Shown piece by piece: positions 14,854 to 26,470 of a DNA stretch of 64,000 nt (position 1 is the first letter of the stretch; each line of letters begins with the position of its first letter). The position numbers and the translations under genes are program-made. Origin of the DNA: Octopus sinensis (Eukaryota); assembly GCF_006345805.1 (NCBI RefSeq), contig NC_042997.1, positions 180,916,001 to 180,980,000 on the forward strand, written 5' to 3'. The notes under the pieces were generated by a model. That model ran no database searches. It was not told where the DNA came from and worked only from the letters and a program-made list of their open reading frames with translations.

Positions 14854-16766
14854 GTTTCTTTAAAAATATATGGTTACGTATTACTATATATAAGGAGAAT
14901 TATATGTTAATTATTTAGATGTTAATTTTAATCTTATTACAGGTAAAACACAACCATATCATAAACTTAATGAGAACCTTAGATATATAAATGTTAATAG
15001 TAATCACCCATTTTCTATTAAAAAATCGTTGTTAATAATAAGTAAACGTATTTCATTGCTCTCTTATGATATAGAGATTTTTAATAAACATGCTAATTAT
15101 AAATGAGGCCCTTAGAGGGGCAGGTTTATAATAAGAATATTAATTTTATAATATTAGCGATAATGATTTAAATGATAATTTTCGAGATACTTCTAATAAT
15201 AATTATAATTTTGTTACGTTTAGTGGTAAAAATAATAGATATTATAAAAAAAATAATAAAAATGATAAAAATATAAATAAGAATAATAATAATAATAATA
15301 AATATAATAATAATAATATAAATAAGAATAATATAATAAAATAAATTTAATAATTATTATAATAATTATATTGAAAATTTAATAATATTAATAATTCCTT
15401 AAATGCTGTACATAGATATAATTCTGATAATAATTTTAATAAAATAAAGAATTATAAATATATTTATAATAATGATAATAATATAAGGTTAATAAGAATA
15501 AAATTTGGTTAATAGTTCCTTATGGAGATCAAGTTAAAACGAATATTATTAAAGAGATTTTAGATGTTTATAGAACTATTTATTAGAGATAATCGTAAAT
15601 ATAGAAACATTTTCTCTTTTAATAATTTTGGAGTTGGTTACTCTCTACCACTAATAATGTTGGTAACATTATTTCTTCATTTAATAAATATAAACTAATA
15701 ATTTTTATAAAAAGAAATTATTTGATAATAATATTAATAATGATAAGACTTATATTAATTGTACATGTAGAGATAAATCTAATTGTATATTAAATAATAA
15801 TTGTGATATTAACGATGTAGTGTATAAATGTATAGTTACATTACATGATAATAACTTTAAGAATAATATAATTACCAAAAGCGGTTTATATAGGTTCTAC
15901 TTCCTCAAAAATAAAACTAAGAATTGCACAACATATGAATTCTTTTAAAAATAAAACTTAATCAACTCAACCGGACTTAGTAAGTATATTTGGAGTCTTA
16001 AATCACTAAATATTAATTATAGTTTAATATGGGAAATAATTTGTAAAACTAAATCATATAATATAGGAGCTAATTGTTGTTATTTATGCTCTAATGAGTT
16101 TAAAGAAATTTTATTTATAAGTATGATAATTTACTTAATACTGGGGAGGAGCGCAAAATAAAATGTAGACACAAGTTACTTTACTTATATAATAAGTTTC
16201 ATGATAAATAGCAATAATAGTTCCCTTTTAGGTTATTTTAGTTTAGTTTTAAATTAGTTTAGATGATATTTTTTGGTTATGTTTGTCTAGGATTTAATTA
16301 TAGTTAGTCTTTATTGATATTTCTTTGTTTTAATTAGTTCATTTTTATGTATATTAATTTAGCAGTTTATGGTACGTTAAAACTTTAATAATTTATATTA
16401 GATTTTTTTATTTTTTTATTTTTATTTTTATTTATTTTTTTTATTATGTATTTTTATTTTGCTTTGTTATATGTATTTTGAGGATATATTTATATGCTTT
16501 TGGGTGTTATTTAGTGGTGTTTTTTATTGAGTTTTGTATGTATGTGTGAATGTTTAAGATCCCTTTGTTTTATGTTTTTTATTTGTATGTTGAATTGACA
16601 GATTTTATTTGGGTATTGTCTTTTATAATAAAGTACACACCCATAACAATCATAAGTGCCCACTTCATTCGTTGTACTTGGGTTTGCATGTGAGCCTCAG
16701 CATATGCACCTAACGGCCACTCCAGCCCCAATGGATAAAAAACACATACTCCCCTAAAAAAATAAT

Positions 16767-16797
<31 letters not shown>

Positions 16798-19277
16798 GAG
16801 TAATCCCATTCACACCAATTATATGTATACATTATACACACTTGAATATACATACTAGCCCTAATATACAGAACATACTAATAATCACCAACTAACCACC
16901 ATCACAAATGAAACCCACACCCATACAATGACAAAACTCCCCCATACCCTATTTACACCTACATAGTAATCCCAATATATTCTTCCATACATGGACGCAA
17001 GTGCGTGAAGCACATGAACAAATTAGTACGTACAACCCCTAATACACACTAATATATACGTATCAAGCTCGACCTCCACAGTGATAAGTTTACACAATCA
17101 CACCCAGATGGTGAATTGCACAACCAGTGAATGCTCACACATACGGGCGCGATTACATTGTTGCATATATCGAGCCAAAATAGTATGCATATGTACATGT
17201 GAGGGGTACACGTAAATGAAGTGAGCGTGTACCCCCTGTATTTATACCCGTGCGTGAATATACACATGGAGACTACCACACAGGTACAAATGTGTTTAGA
17301 ATGGGAGCCCCATCACTACACTTAATGTATACTCTCACCCATCCGCACGGATGTGTAAGTGTATCTCCGGTGTATATGTTGAGGCTTATATGTAGAGTTG
17401 TTGAAGGGAACGTCGTTGAAATTGTGAATGAATGGGTAGAGTTGGGAATTGTAACCGGGTGGTGGACTAGTGTTGCTTGGAATTGTGAATGGATTAGGTG
17501 GTAATGAGGTAGGCATTGAGTATGGGTTACTGTAAGTTGTTTGTTGAGTTGCTAGGGTGAGCTAAAGCTCATAAATGTATATAATTGATTCATGATAGTT
17601 TTTAAAGAATCCATTCATAATAAATTTTTTTTTAAGTAGCGTTGGTTTGCTACGTGGAAATAGTTTTTAGTTCCATTTATTATATTTTCTCCATTCATAC
17701 TATGAATGACGTTTACTTTCTATGGCGCGTATTCTTTTTTTATATTAGTTATTTCCATGGTAACGTAATTTTGTTTGGTTTTTTAACGGCTAAGAATCTA
17801 ATTTCACTTCATAATTTGTAACTGAATTGTAAGTATGTATTTGATTTATCCTTATGTCATAATGTTATTGATATTCTGGTTAATTAAGATGTATTTATTG
17901 TTGTTTTCATAAGAGTGTTTATGTATATGAGATTGGTTGTGAGTTTTTAATTGTATAATTAATTTATTTATCTGTATGAGTGTGGGTGTAAATATTGTTG
18001 TATATATCGAGTTTTAGTGAGTATGTATATGCGTATATGTGAGGGAGCATATGTATCTGTTGTGTGTGTGTGTTTTGCGTGTGTGTGTGTTTGTGTGTGA
18101 ATGTGTATTTGGGTTTGTTATTTAGGATTTGGGATGTATGTGTTAATTTGTCTGTGTGGGGAGTGGAGTGGTTTTTGGTGTATATTGAGGTTTATAAGTT
18201 AGTATAGGTTTGTGTATAAGTCTTGGGTCTGTGGTTTACGTGTGGGTTTTTTGTGTGTGAATGTTTAGGTTAGGGGGATTGCTATATAAGTTTGTTATAG
18301 GGTTTAGCAAAGGGAGATTTTATCGTTATATGCTTTTATGAGTTTTGGTTTATCATGGTTTTTTTAGGTAATTCGTGGTATTTTGTCTATTTTAGGTGTT
18401 GGTTATTTTTTTACATTGTTTCATTCATAATTTTTGAGTGGTGTTCGTTTTGCCACGTGAATAACCGGGTGGTGGACTAGCGTTGCTTGGAATGTGAATA
18501 GAATAGTGTAGTAGTGAGGTAGGCATAGAGAATGGGATTGGGTTACTGCAAGTTGTTTGTTAGAGATGCTAAGGTGAGTTAAAGCTCATAAATGTTATAA
18601 TGGTTTTGTGGGTGTGTAAGTATTGTTGTATATGTCGAGTTTAGTGAGTATGTATAGGCGTATATGTGAGGGAGTATATGTATCTTTTGTGTGTGAGTGT
18701 TTTGCGTGTGAGTGTGTGTTTGTGTGTGAATGTGTATATGGGTTTGTTATTTAGGTTTTGGGATGTATGTGTTAATTTGTCTGTGTGGGGAGGGAGTGGG
18801 TTTTGGTGTATATTGAGGTTTATAAGTTAGTATAGGTATGTGTATAAGTCGTGAGTCTGTGGTTTACGTGTGTGTATTTGTGTGTGAATGTTTAGGTTAG
18901 GGGGTTTACTTTATAGGTTTGTATAGAGTTTAGCAAGGGAGATTTTATCGTTATATGTTTTTAAGAGTTTTGTTTTATCATGGTTTTTTTAGGGAATTCG
19001 TGGTAATTAGTCTATTTTTCGATATGGATTATATATAGGTTATATATGGATTATATACTTATATTTTTTCATTTATACTTTAATTATTTAAAAGTATTAT
19101 TTTTATATTTTAAAATTTTGATTTTTTAGATTGGAAGTCCACCTGAAGATTGTCGATCAAGACAAGAAACGATTGTAGTGGCGGTTTTTTTGACTATTTA
19201 TTAAATTTTATGTATTGATTAAGTCTTTCCTTGTTTGTTTTGCAAAATAGTGGTTTTGTCTCAAATAATATTTTATA
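14854..19277 (+). mobile_element. 5'-truncated Penelope-like retroelement (RT C-terminus/thumb, GIY-YIG, long GT-rich 3' region, pLTR with hammerhead)
   Basis: The spacer reads NYLDVNFNLITGKTQPYHKLNENLRYINVNSNHPFSIKKS...SKRISLLSYDIEIFNK..YNEALRGAGF (Penelope RT7/thumb, SNHP motif). GIY-YIG lies at ~15810-16211 and the hammerhead at 19139. Confidence 0.9.
19139..19181 (+). ncRNA. Minimal type I hammerhead ribozyme (Penelope pLTR)
   Basis: ccac ctgaaga ttgtc gatcaa gacaa gaaac gatt gta gtgg; predicted cleavage after GUA (19177). Confidence 0.85.
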
Positions 19278-19355
19278 ATATTTTACTATAAAATGGATTT
19301 AATCCTAAATCTGATTTTTTTTTCCCTGTAAATTTGGATATATTCCCAATATTTA

Positions 19356-19405
<50 letters not shown>

Positions 19406-20422
19406 ATATGATATATGTAATATATGTATATGTGTGTGTGCATATGTGTGTATGAGTGTATGTATGTATATGGACAAGTACACACAAAAACGCACATATA
19501 CAAATATAATGATTTACACATCTATATATTTATGAATCTTGCTGTCACATTTCCCTTTCTATCGATCTTTCTACCTCTCGCAATCTCTATCTTTCTACCA
19601 CTCTTTCTCACTCTGTCTTTCTTTCTCTCACACACAGACACTTTCCTGCTTTCTATTTCCTTCTCTCGCTCTTTCTCTCACTCTCTCTCACTCTCATTCC
19701 CTCAGTATCTTTCTTTCTTTTTTCCTCTCTATCTCACCCACTAGTTCCAATACGTTTTCTCTTCTTACTCCACAATATTGAAACACAGATCTTGTAAAAC
19801 TGTTCTGTTTTAACAATGGATATATATTTATGTATTATAGAATTGCTTTCCCTTTAAGCAGCTTTTGTCTGAAAGTCAAACAATCCCGGTTTTCTCCCGT
19901 TCAACTCAAAGAACCTATCCTATTCTGTATGCAGCAGAATATAGCCGAGGTAGCAATAAATAAACATGTATTTGAAAGTGATTTCTTGACTCTTTGTGTG
20001 TGTTTGTGTGTGTGTGTGTGTGGTGTGTGTGTGTGTGTGTGCGTGTGTGTGTGTGTGTGTATGTATATTTGTGTTTGGATGTGTATATGTGTTTGGGTGT
20101 GTATGTAAAAATTTTTATACATGCCTTCTCACATATATATTCTTCAATAACCAAAATGCACCGTACAGAATAACCTACGCAAATGTACATATATACATGC
20201 ATACACATTCACTCACACACACATATATTCACATACAGAGTATACATAGTCAAGTGTTTGAGGAAATATTGAAATATGTAAACATTCACGTGAATATGTA
20301 TATGCATGTGCTTCTGTAGGTGTGTATGTGTGTATATATGTGTGCATATACTGAGAAATGGGGACGTATGAAATTATCTCTTCATTCATATATATATATG
20401 TATATATATATATATATCCATG

Positions 20423-20477
<55 letters not shown>

Positions 20478-21316
20478 GAACTTGACGACCTTTCAGCGTG
20501 CTTTAAAATAGCACAAATAAAGTTAAAACTATAGAGGAAATCCTTTCTTATGTGAGGTTGTGTTGGTGCATGTATATGGTTGAGATTAAGAAATTTGCTT
20601 TATTGAATCTTTATTCTACATTGAATCTTATTTTGTGCTCACTCCGGCAAATATCAACTACAAAAGCTTCGAGTTGACTGATAACTTGCTAACAAAAATT
20701 GGTAGAGGGAAATGCGCGAAGCCATTCGGACTTGACGTAGTTTGTCTCATCATTGTTTGTCAGTCCTCTTTGAATTCCGTACAGTAAGACATGGACGCGG
20801 AGGCCCCTCTTTCTTCCTTCATTTATCTGAAAAACCAAAATGGTGGATGAATGACAACTGTACATTTAGTCTATTTCTAACATGCCAAGAATTATGTTGG
20901 TCCGGTGTCATTTATCTCTTTTAAAGCAACACTATTAAAAATAAGGTGAGCTAAATTGCAGTTAGTACTTTTGGCCCAAGGCCATCATTGAGACTAAGAG
21001 GAAAGTCAATTATTATTTCAAGCAGCTCAAGCGACTTCCTACTAGTATAGTCATTGTCTTGTCCATGATAGTATTTAGTAGTAGTATATTAACCTACTTG
21101 CTTCTTTAGAAAAATAATGCATGTAAATTATATTTAAAAAACAGCCTAAAAGACACACGCAGTGCGGGCTTTTAAGCTACCTCCTGTCGAAAGCTAATTG
21201 GGGTTGCGTTCCAAAACTAAAGGGAGCAATAATATTGAAGCATTTATTCTTCCATCTCAGATTTATATCCCAGAGTATCGCATCTGGAAATTTTGTATCA
21301 CTGTGACATTTGGAGA

Positions 21317-21646
21317 TCACTGTAAAGCAGCAGGGTAAACAACATTTTTGGATTCGCTATTTGGTGCGAATATGAAGAGATTGCTGTTATTTCCAACTCT
21401 GGAGCAACCAAAATAGAGCTGCTCATGAGAAAAGCACTGCTGCATGAGGTGAAGTCCAACAAATTTCAGTGATTGCTCTTGGCTCCTATTAATTGACATT
21501 GCAAAATTAACTCTTACTGGAAATTGAAGTCTCTTGGATTCAAAGGGCATGTCTGCTGGAATCAGTGGAATTCTTGGAATAAACACATTTCTCCCTTTGC
21601 CTTGTCTAGTGAGGATTGTTGTTTCCAAATGATATATTAGTTCTGT

Positions 21647-21650
<4 letters not shown>
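21317..21650 (-). pseudogene. Helitron RepHel C-terminal PIF1-type helicase fragment
   Basis: ETTILTRQGKGRNVFIPRIPLIPADMPFESKRLQFPVRVNFAMSINRSQEQSL...CFSHEQLYFGCSRVG...KNVVYP, the characteristic Helitron helicase motifs V-VI and C-terminus. Confidence 0.9.
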
Positions 21651-21694
<44 letters not shown>

Positions 21695-21889
21695 GTGTGT
21701 GTGTGTGTGTGTGTGTGTATCTGAGAAACCTCTTAATGGAGTCCTCATAAAATCTACAAGGAAAAAAAAAACTTGACTAAAAACCTTGGGACAAAAGTTT
21801 CTCTTTAGCCACAGCTTTATCAGAGATTTTTGTGCTTTTATATTTTTCGAACAAAATAATTGTTTCAAAATATGACACAAGGCTAGTAC

Positions 21890-22320
21890 TTTTAGGAAAG
21901 TGTTTAAGTCGATTACATCGGGTACAGTTCTCATATGGGACTTATTTAGTTAATGCCGAAATGATGAAAGGCAAAGTCGACATCGGCAGAGTTTGAACTC
22001 AGAACATGATGGGTCGGAAGAAATACCTATTTCTTTACTACCCATAAGGGGCTGAACATAGAGGGGACAAACAAGGACAGACATAAGTATTCAGTCGATT
22101 ACATCGACCCCAGTGCATAACTGGTACTTATTTAATCGACCCCGAAAGGATGAAAGGCAAAGTCGACCTCGGCGGAATTTGAACTCAGAACGTAGTGGCA
22201 GGCGAAATACGGCTACGCATTTCGCCCGTCGTGCTAACGTTTCTGTCAGCTCGCCGCCTTAGGTCGGAAGATATACCGCTAAGCATTTTGTCAGACGCGC
22301 TAACGATTCTATCATCTCTA
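21890..22320 (-). mobile_element. Young SINE B nested in an older SINE B
   Basis: Inner copy ~22022-22261 is flanked by the direct repeat ggtcggaaga; the older copy resumes on both sides. Confidence 0.8.
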
Positions 22321-24089
22321 GACCTTATAATGAAAAATAGCGCTTATTTGAAAAAGAAGCAGAATTTTTTCCACAAAGTATTTGACCTACACTTCTATTA
22401 ATGAATACATATCGAAAAGATGTAAACTAAAATATAAAAATAGATATGCAATTTATCCCGTGTATATTAATGATATAATATGGATTTCAAAATTTGGCAC
22501 AAGTTTTGGGGATGGGTAAATCAATTATATCGACCTCAGAGCTCAACTAGTACTTATTTTGTCGAACCCGAAATAGACTTACCCCTCCCTGAAGTTACTG
22601 GACTTGTGTCAAATTTAGAGCCTAATTAAGTATAGGGTCAGGTCATTTTTTTGTGGTTCTGTCCAATGATCGGCAGCAAAAATACTCCATGATTTATGCA
22701 AATTCCTAATGTTTATAAACAAAAGTTATTGACAGCAAAAGTCATAGTGAGAAATTGGTATGTGTGAATTTAACATAATATCTGATCATCATTATCTACA
22801 GTACCAATGTTCTCAAGGGCTATAAATATTTGCAAAGATTTGGGTTAATATTTTGCGATGCACACCGTAAAACTAAACAACAAAAACCTCACAATTTCAC
22901 CTGAGTCACCTTCACCTACATTCAAGGAAATGTTTTAATCATGGACAACAAATCTATGTTCTCTTTAAGAAATGAATTCATAACCTGAATACGCTTTTAC
23001 TGTATTCAGACACAACGAGTATACCAGTATGCCAGTATATCAGTATATCGTGTGAGTTTTCAGTATACACTCTTTTGTCTGCGAACTGGAATCAAACTTT
23101 TGCATATTTGTACCCAGATGAAATATATAATTTCTGAGGTATATAATTACTGTCTCCAGTTATCAAAAATGTAATAGAAATATTATGAAAATGCGAAAGT
23201 CTGAGAACTTTTATGTTTGCACTTTAACTGTTGGTCAAACAATATTGCGCTGTCTTTAAAAATATGACAACTGACATTGGGAAAATGAATTTCAAAAAGT
23301 AGGTCAAACTTAGAAAACGTATCCAATGATGAGTTCATATTAAGCATTCTCGATCAGATTTGACCTTAAATTAAATATCAGCAACAAGAAATATATCAAT
23401 ACTTCCTTCGCACTATTTCATTAAGTTTAAGATGTTTTGATTTCAAAATATTTCATAGCTGTTAACTGGGTTAGAAACTAATTAATTCTGCGATATTAAA
23501 TGTCACAGTTTATCCATCAATCGATATCGCTTTCTATCAAGGAAAGTAGTGTCATGTGCCCTCAAATATTTCCCTTATGGCAAAGTGTTTATCTCTGCCG
23601 TTTAATAGATTTTGAGTAACACCAAACGTGTTGCAGAAATCGAAACGTACTGGACAAAGCGTTATTTCAGTATTACTTGCACACACACAAACAGCCGCAC
23701 ACATACGCTTACACACACGCAAGCACACACACATATTTGCATATATATACATATATTTATGTGTGTGTGTATTTATATATATATGCATTTATTTGTGTGT
23801 GTGTATATTTATATATATATGAATATGGAAGTATATATATAAATACAAAAGGGAAATAGCTTAAAGTGTGCTGTGAAGAGTATTGGAACATGTATTTGAT
23901 ACTTAAGACTATCTCCCGTTCTCATATGTAGTTAGTCTTCGTATTGGTAATTATAACACATCATCAAGAGGACGGTATAATTTTAATTTGATAAAACAAT
24001 GACCGATATCGTATGGTATTTGTTGTACATGTATTTTTTTCTGAATCTCTGTCTTCTCTCTCTCTCTCTCTACACGCAATATATATATA

Positions 24090-24137
<48 letters not shown>

Positions 24138-24264
24138 CACTTCATAGTGTCCATGAACATCCATGTAATCATCCCAGGAATACGGACTATGATCTTAAGG
24201 GACTTGTGATTTGTGGAAACGCGCGTAGTGAAACATTAAGATTATCATGAACTCCATCTAAGAA

Positions 24265-24267
24265 TTA

Positions 24268-24362
<95 letters not shown>
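24265..24362. repeat. (ATT)n microsatellite
   Basis: Direct tandem repeats. Confidence 0.95.
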
Positions 24363-24363
<1 letters not shown>

Positions 24364-24519
24364 AACAGTTATCCTACATTATATCGGCACACCAACCCCC
24401 CAAAATGGTATCACCAGTTGTCATCGTTAGGCTGTAGCCTTCATAATAGAATCCGATCTTTATATGCATATTGAAAACGTTTCCCGTAAACGAATTGGAA
24501 GGATATATGTATATATATG

Positions 24520-24566
<47 letters not shown>

Positions 24567-24585
24567 TATATATATATATATACTC

Positions 24586-24765
24586 GATGCATAAGATAGG
24601 CTACAGGGAGAGACTATAGGAACCAAGACTCTATTTCCTGGGATGAAGACGGGAGAGATATGTGGTGATATATATTTGGAAGATCCTGGAGGGTTTAGTT
24701 CCCAATTTCGGAATTGACAGCTATACCAATCCTTGAAATGGACGGCGCTGACGAGAACAGTGATA
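24586..24765 (+). mobile_element. Old CR1-clade LINE fragment
   Basis: Translates to GYRERL*..RRERYVVIYIWKILEGLVPNFGIDSYTNP*NGRR, matching SYWERLK..RLERYAIIYIWKILEGSVLNFGIESYANARTGRH of ORF 26566-27912. Confidence 0.75.
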
Positions 24766-25010
24766 CGTCATTATAATCTAATTTAATCAAATTAATTTTA
24801 AGTATTCTAGCATGTTATTAACATGTTAATATTACTGTTCGAAACGATCGAATGTATGCATTATATTTCTTTTATATTTCAACATCTCTTCTCCATTTTT
24901 AACATACTTGTTGAGTTTCTATGGGATACCTTTCCATAAATTCTTATAACACACCATATACATGTAGTAATAATATATATATACATACATGTATATATAT
25001 ATATATATAA

Positions 25011-25402
25011 GGAGTGGCTGTGTGGTAAGTAGCTTGTTTACCAACCACATGGCTCCGGGTTCAGTCCCACTGCGTGGCACCTTGGGCAAGTGTCTTCTAC
25101 TATAGCCTCGGGCCGACCAAAGCCTTGTGAGTGGATTTGGTAGACGGAAACTGAAAGAAGTCCGTCGTATATATGTATATATATATATGTATGTGTGTGT
25201 GTTTGTGTGTCTGTGTTTGTCCCCCTAGCATTGCTTGACAACCGATGCTGGTGTGTTTATGTCCCCGTCACTTAGCGGTTCGGCAAAAAGAGACCAATAG
25301 AATAAGTACTGGGCTTCCAAAGAATAAGTCCCGGTGTCGAGTTGCTCGATTAAAAATGGTGCTCCAGCATGCCCGCAGTCAAATGACTGAAACAAGTAAG
25401 AG
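25011..25402 (+). mobile_element. SINE family A, full length
   Basis: GGAGTGGCTGTGTGGTAAGTAGCTTG...GGTTCAGTCCCACTGCG head through the ...CAGTCAAATGACTGAAACAAGTAAGAG tail. Confidence 0.92.
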
Positions 25403-25403
25403 C

Positions 25404-25447
<44 letters not shown>

Positions 25448-25580
25448 GGTGTGTGTGTGTGTGTGTGTATAATAAATATATATATTCAATAAAGGGTGGA
25501 ATATAATTAATTTAATAAAATTAATCAATTTCACTAGTAGATTTGTCGGTAGGAAAAGACCATATTTGGTAAGGGTTATA

Positions 25581-26291
25581 ATAATTATAAAAAGGGTTAA
25601 ATGCAACAAGTTGCTCAAAACCACATACCGAAAATATTAGAAATAGCAGCCAAAATTGGTCAGTATTTCCTCTACTAGTAAAAGTCTCCACAAACAAACA
25701 GAATTTGTAAGCTGTATATGGCAAAAAAAGGCAGAAAATAACGAAAACCCAGCCTCTGGATTAATTATAGATGACTCGTTTCTGGATTAGAACCGAAGGT
25801 TCATTTCCTTGTCAATATAATGTTTCCTATAGATCTAGAAATGCTAGGGGAAAAAACTTACCCGCTACACCAGTACGATCTGCAACATCGGACGGCTTAA
25901 CGGAACTGCTAGCATTCGTACATCTATGCCGACATATGAATTCGCATGTCGGCATAGATGTACGAATGCTAGCAGTTCCGTTAAGCCGTCCGATGTTGCA
26001 GATCGTACTGGTGTAGCGGGTAAGTTTTTTCCCCTAGCATTTCTAGATCTATAGGAAATATTATATTTGACAGGAAATGAACCTCGGTTCTAATCCAGAA
26101 CGAGTCGTCTATAATTAATCCAGAGGCTGGGTTTTCTTATTTTCTGCCTTTTTTGCCATATACAGCTTACAAATTCTGTTTGTTTGTGGAGACTTTTTAC
26201 TAGTAGAGGAAATGCTGACCAATTTTGGCTGCTATTTCTAATATTTTCGGTATGTGGTTTTGAGCAACTTGTTGCATTTAACCCTTTATTA

Positions 26292-26298
<7 letters not shown>
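25581..26298. repeat. Near-perfect ~720-bp palindrome (fold-back), arms ~355 bp, centred on GAATTC at 25938-25943
   Basis: ...agcattcgtacatctatgccgacat|atgaattcgc|atgtcggcatagatgtacgaatgct...; the arms match outward to aagggttaa / ttaaccctt. Confidence 0.9.
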
Positions 26299-26380
<82 letters not shown>

Positions 26381-26470
26381 TAATATATATATATTCCACT
26401 TCGGTCTCTGAAACTCAGAGTTTTATCTTGACTATTGAGTAATGTAACATTATTTTATATATATATATAT

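Noticed and set aside
12564-17516. Mirror-image small ORFs in the two Penelope arms (MREYTHGD..., MVVSMCIF..., MGLLPFF...)
   Set aside because: Their duplication is explained by the inverted repeat; they show no domain signal and their frames differ between arms.
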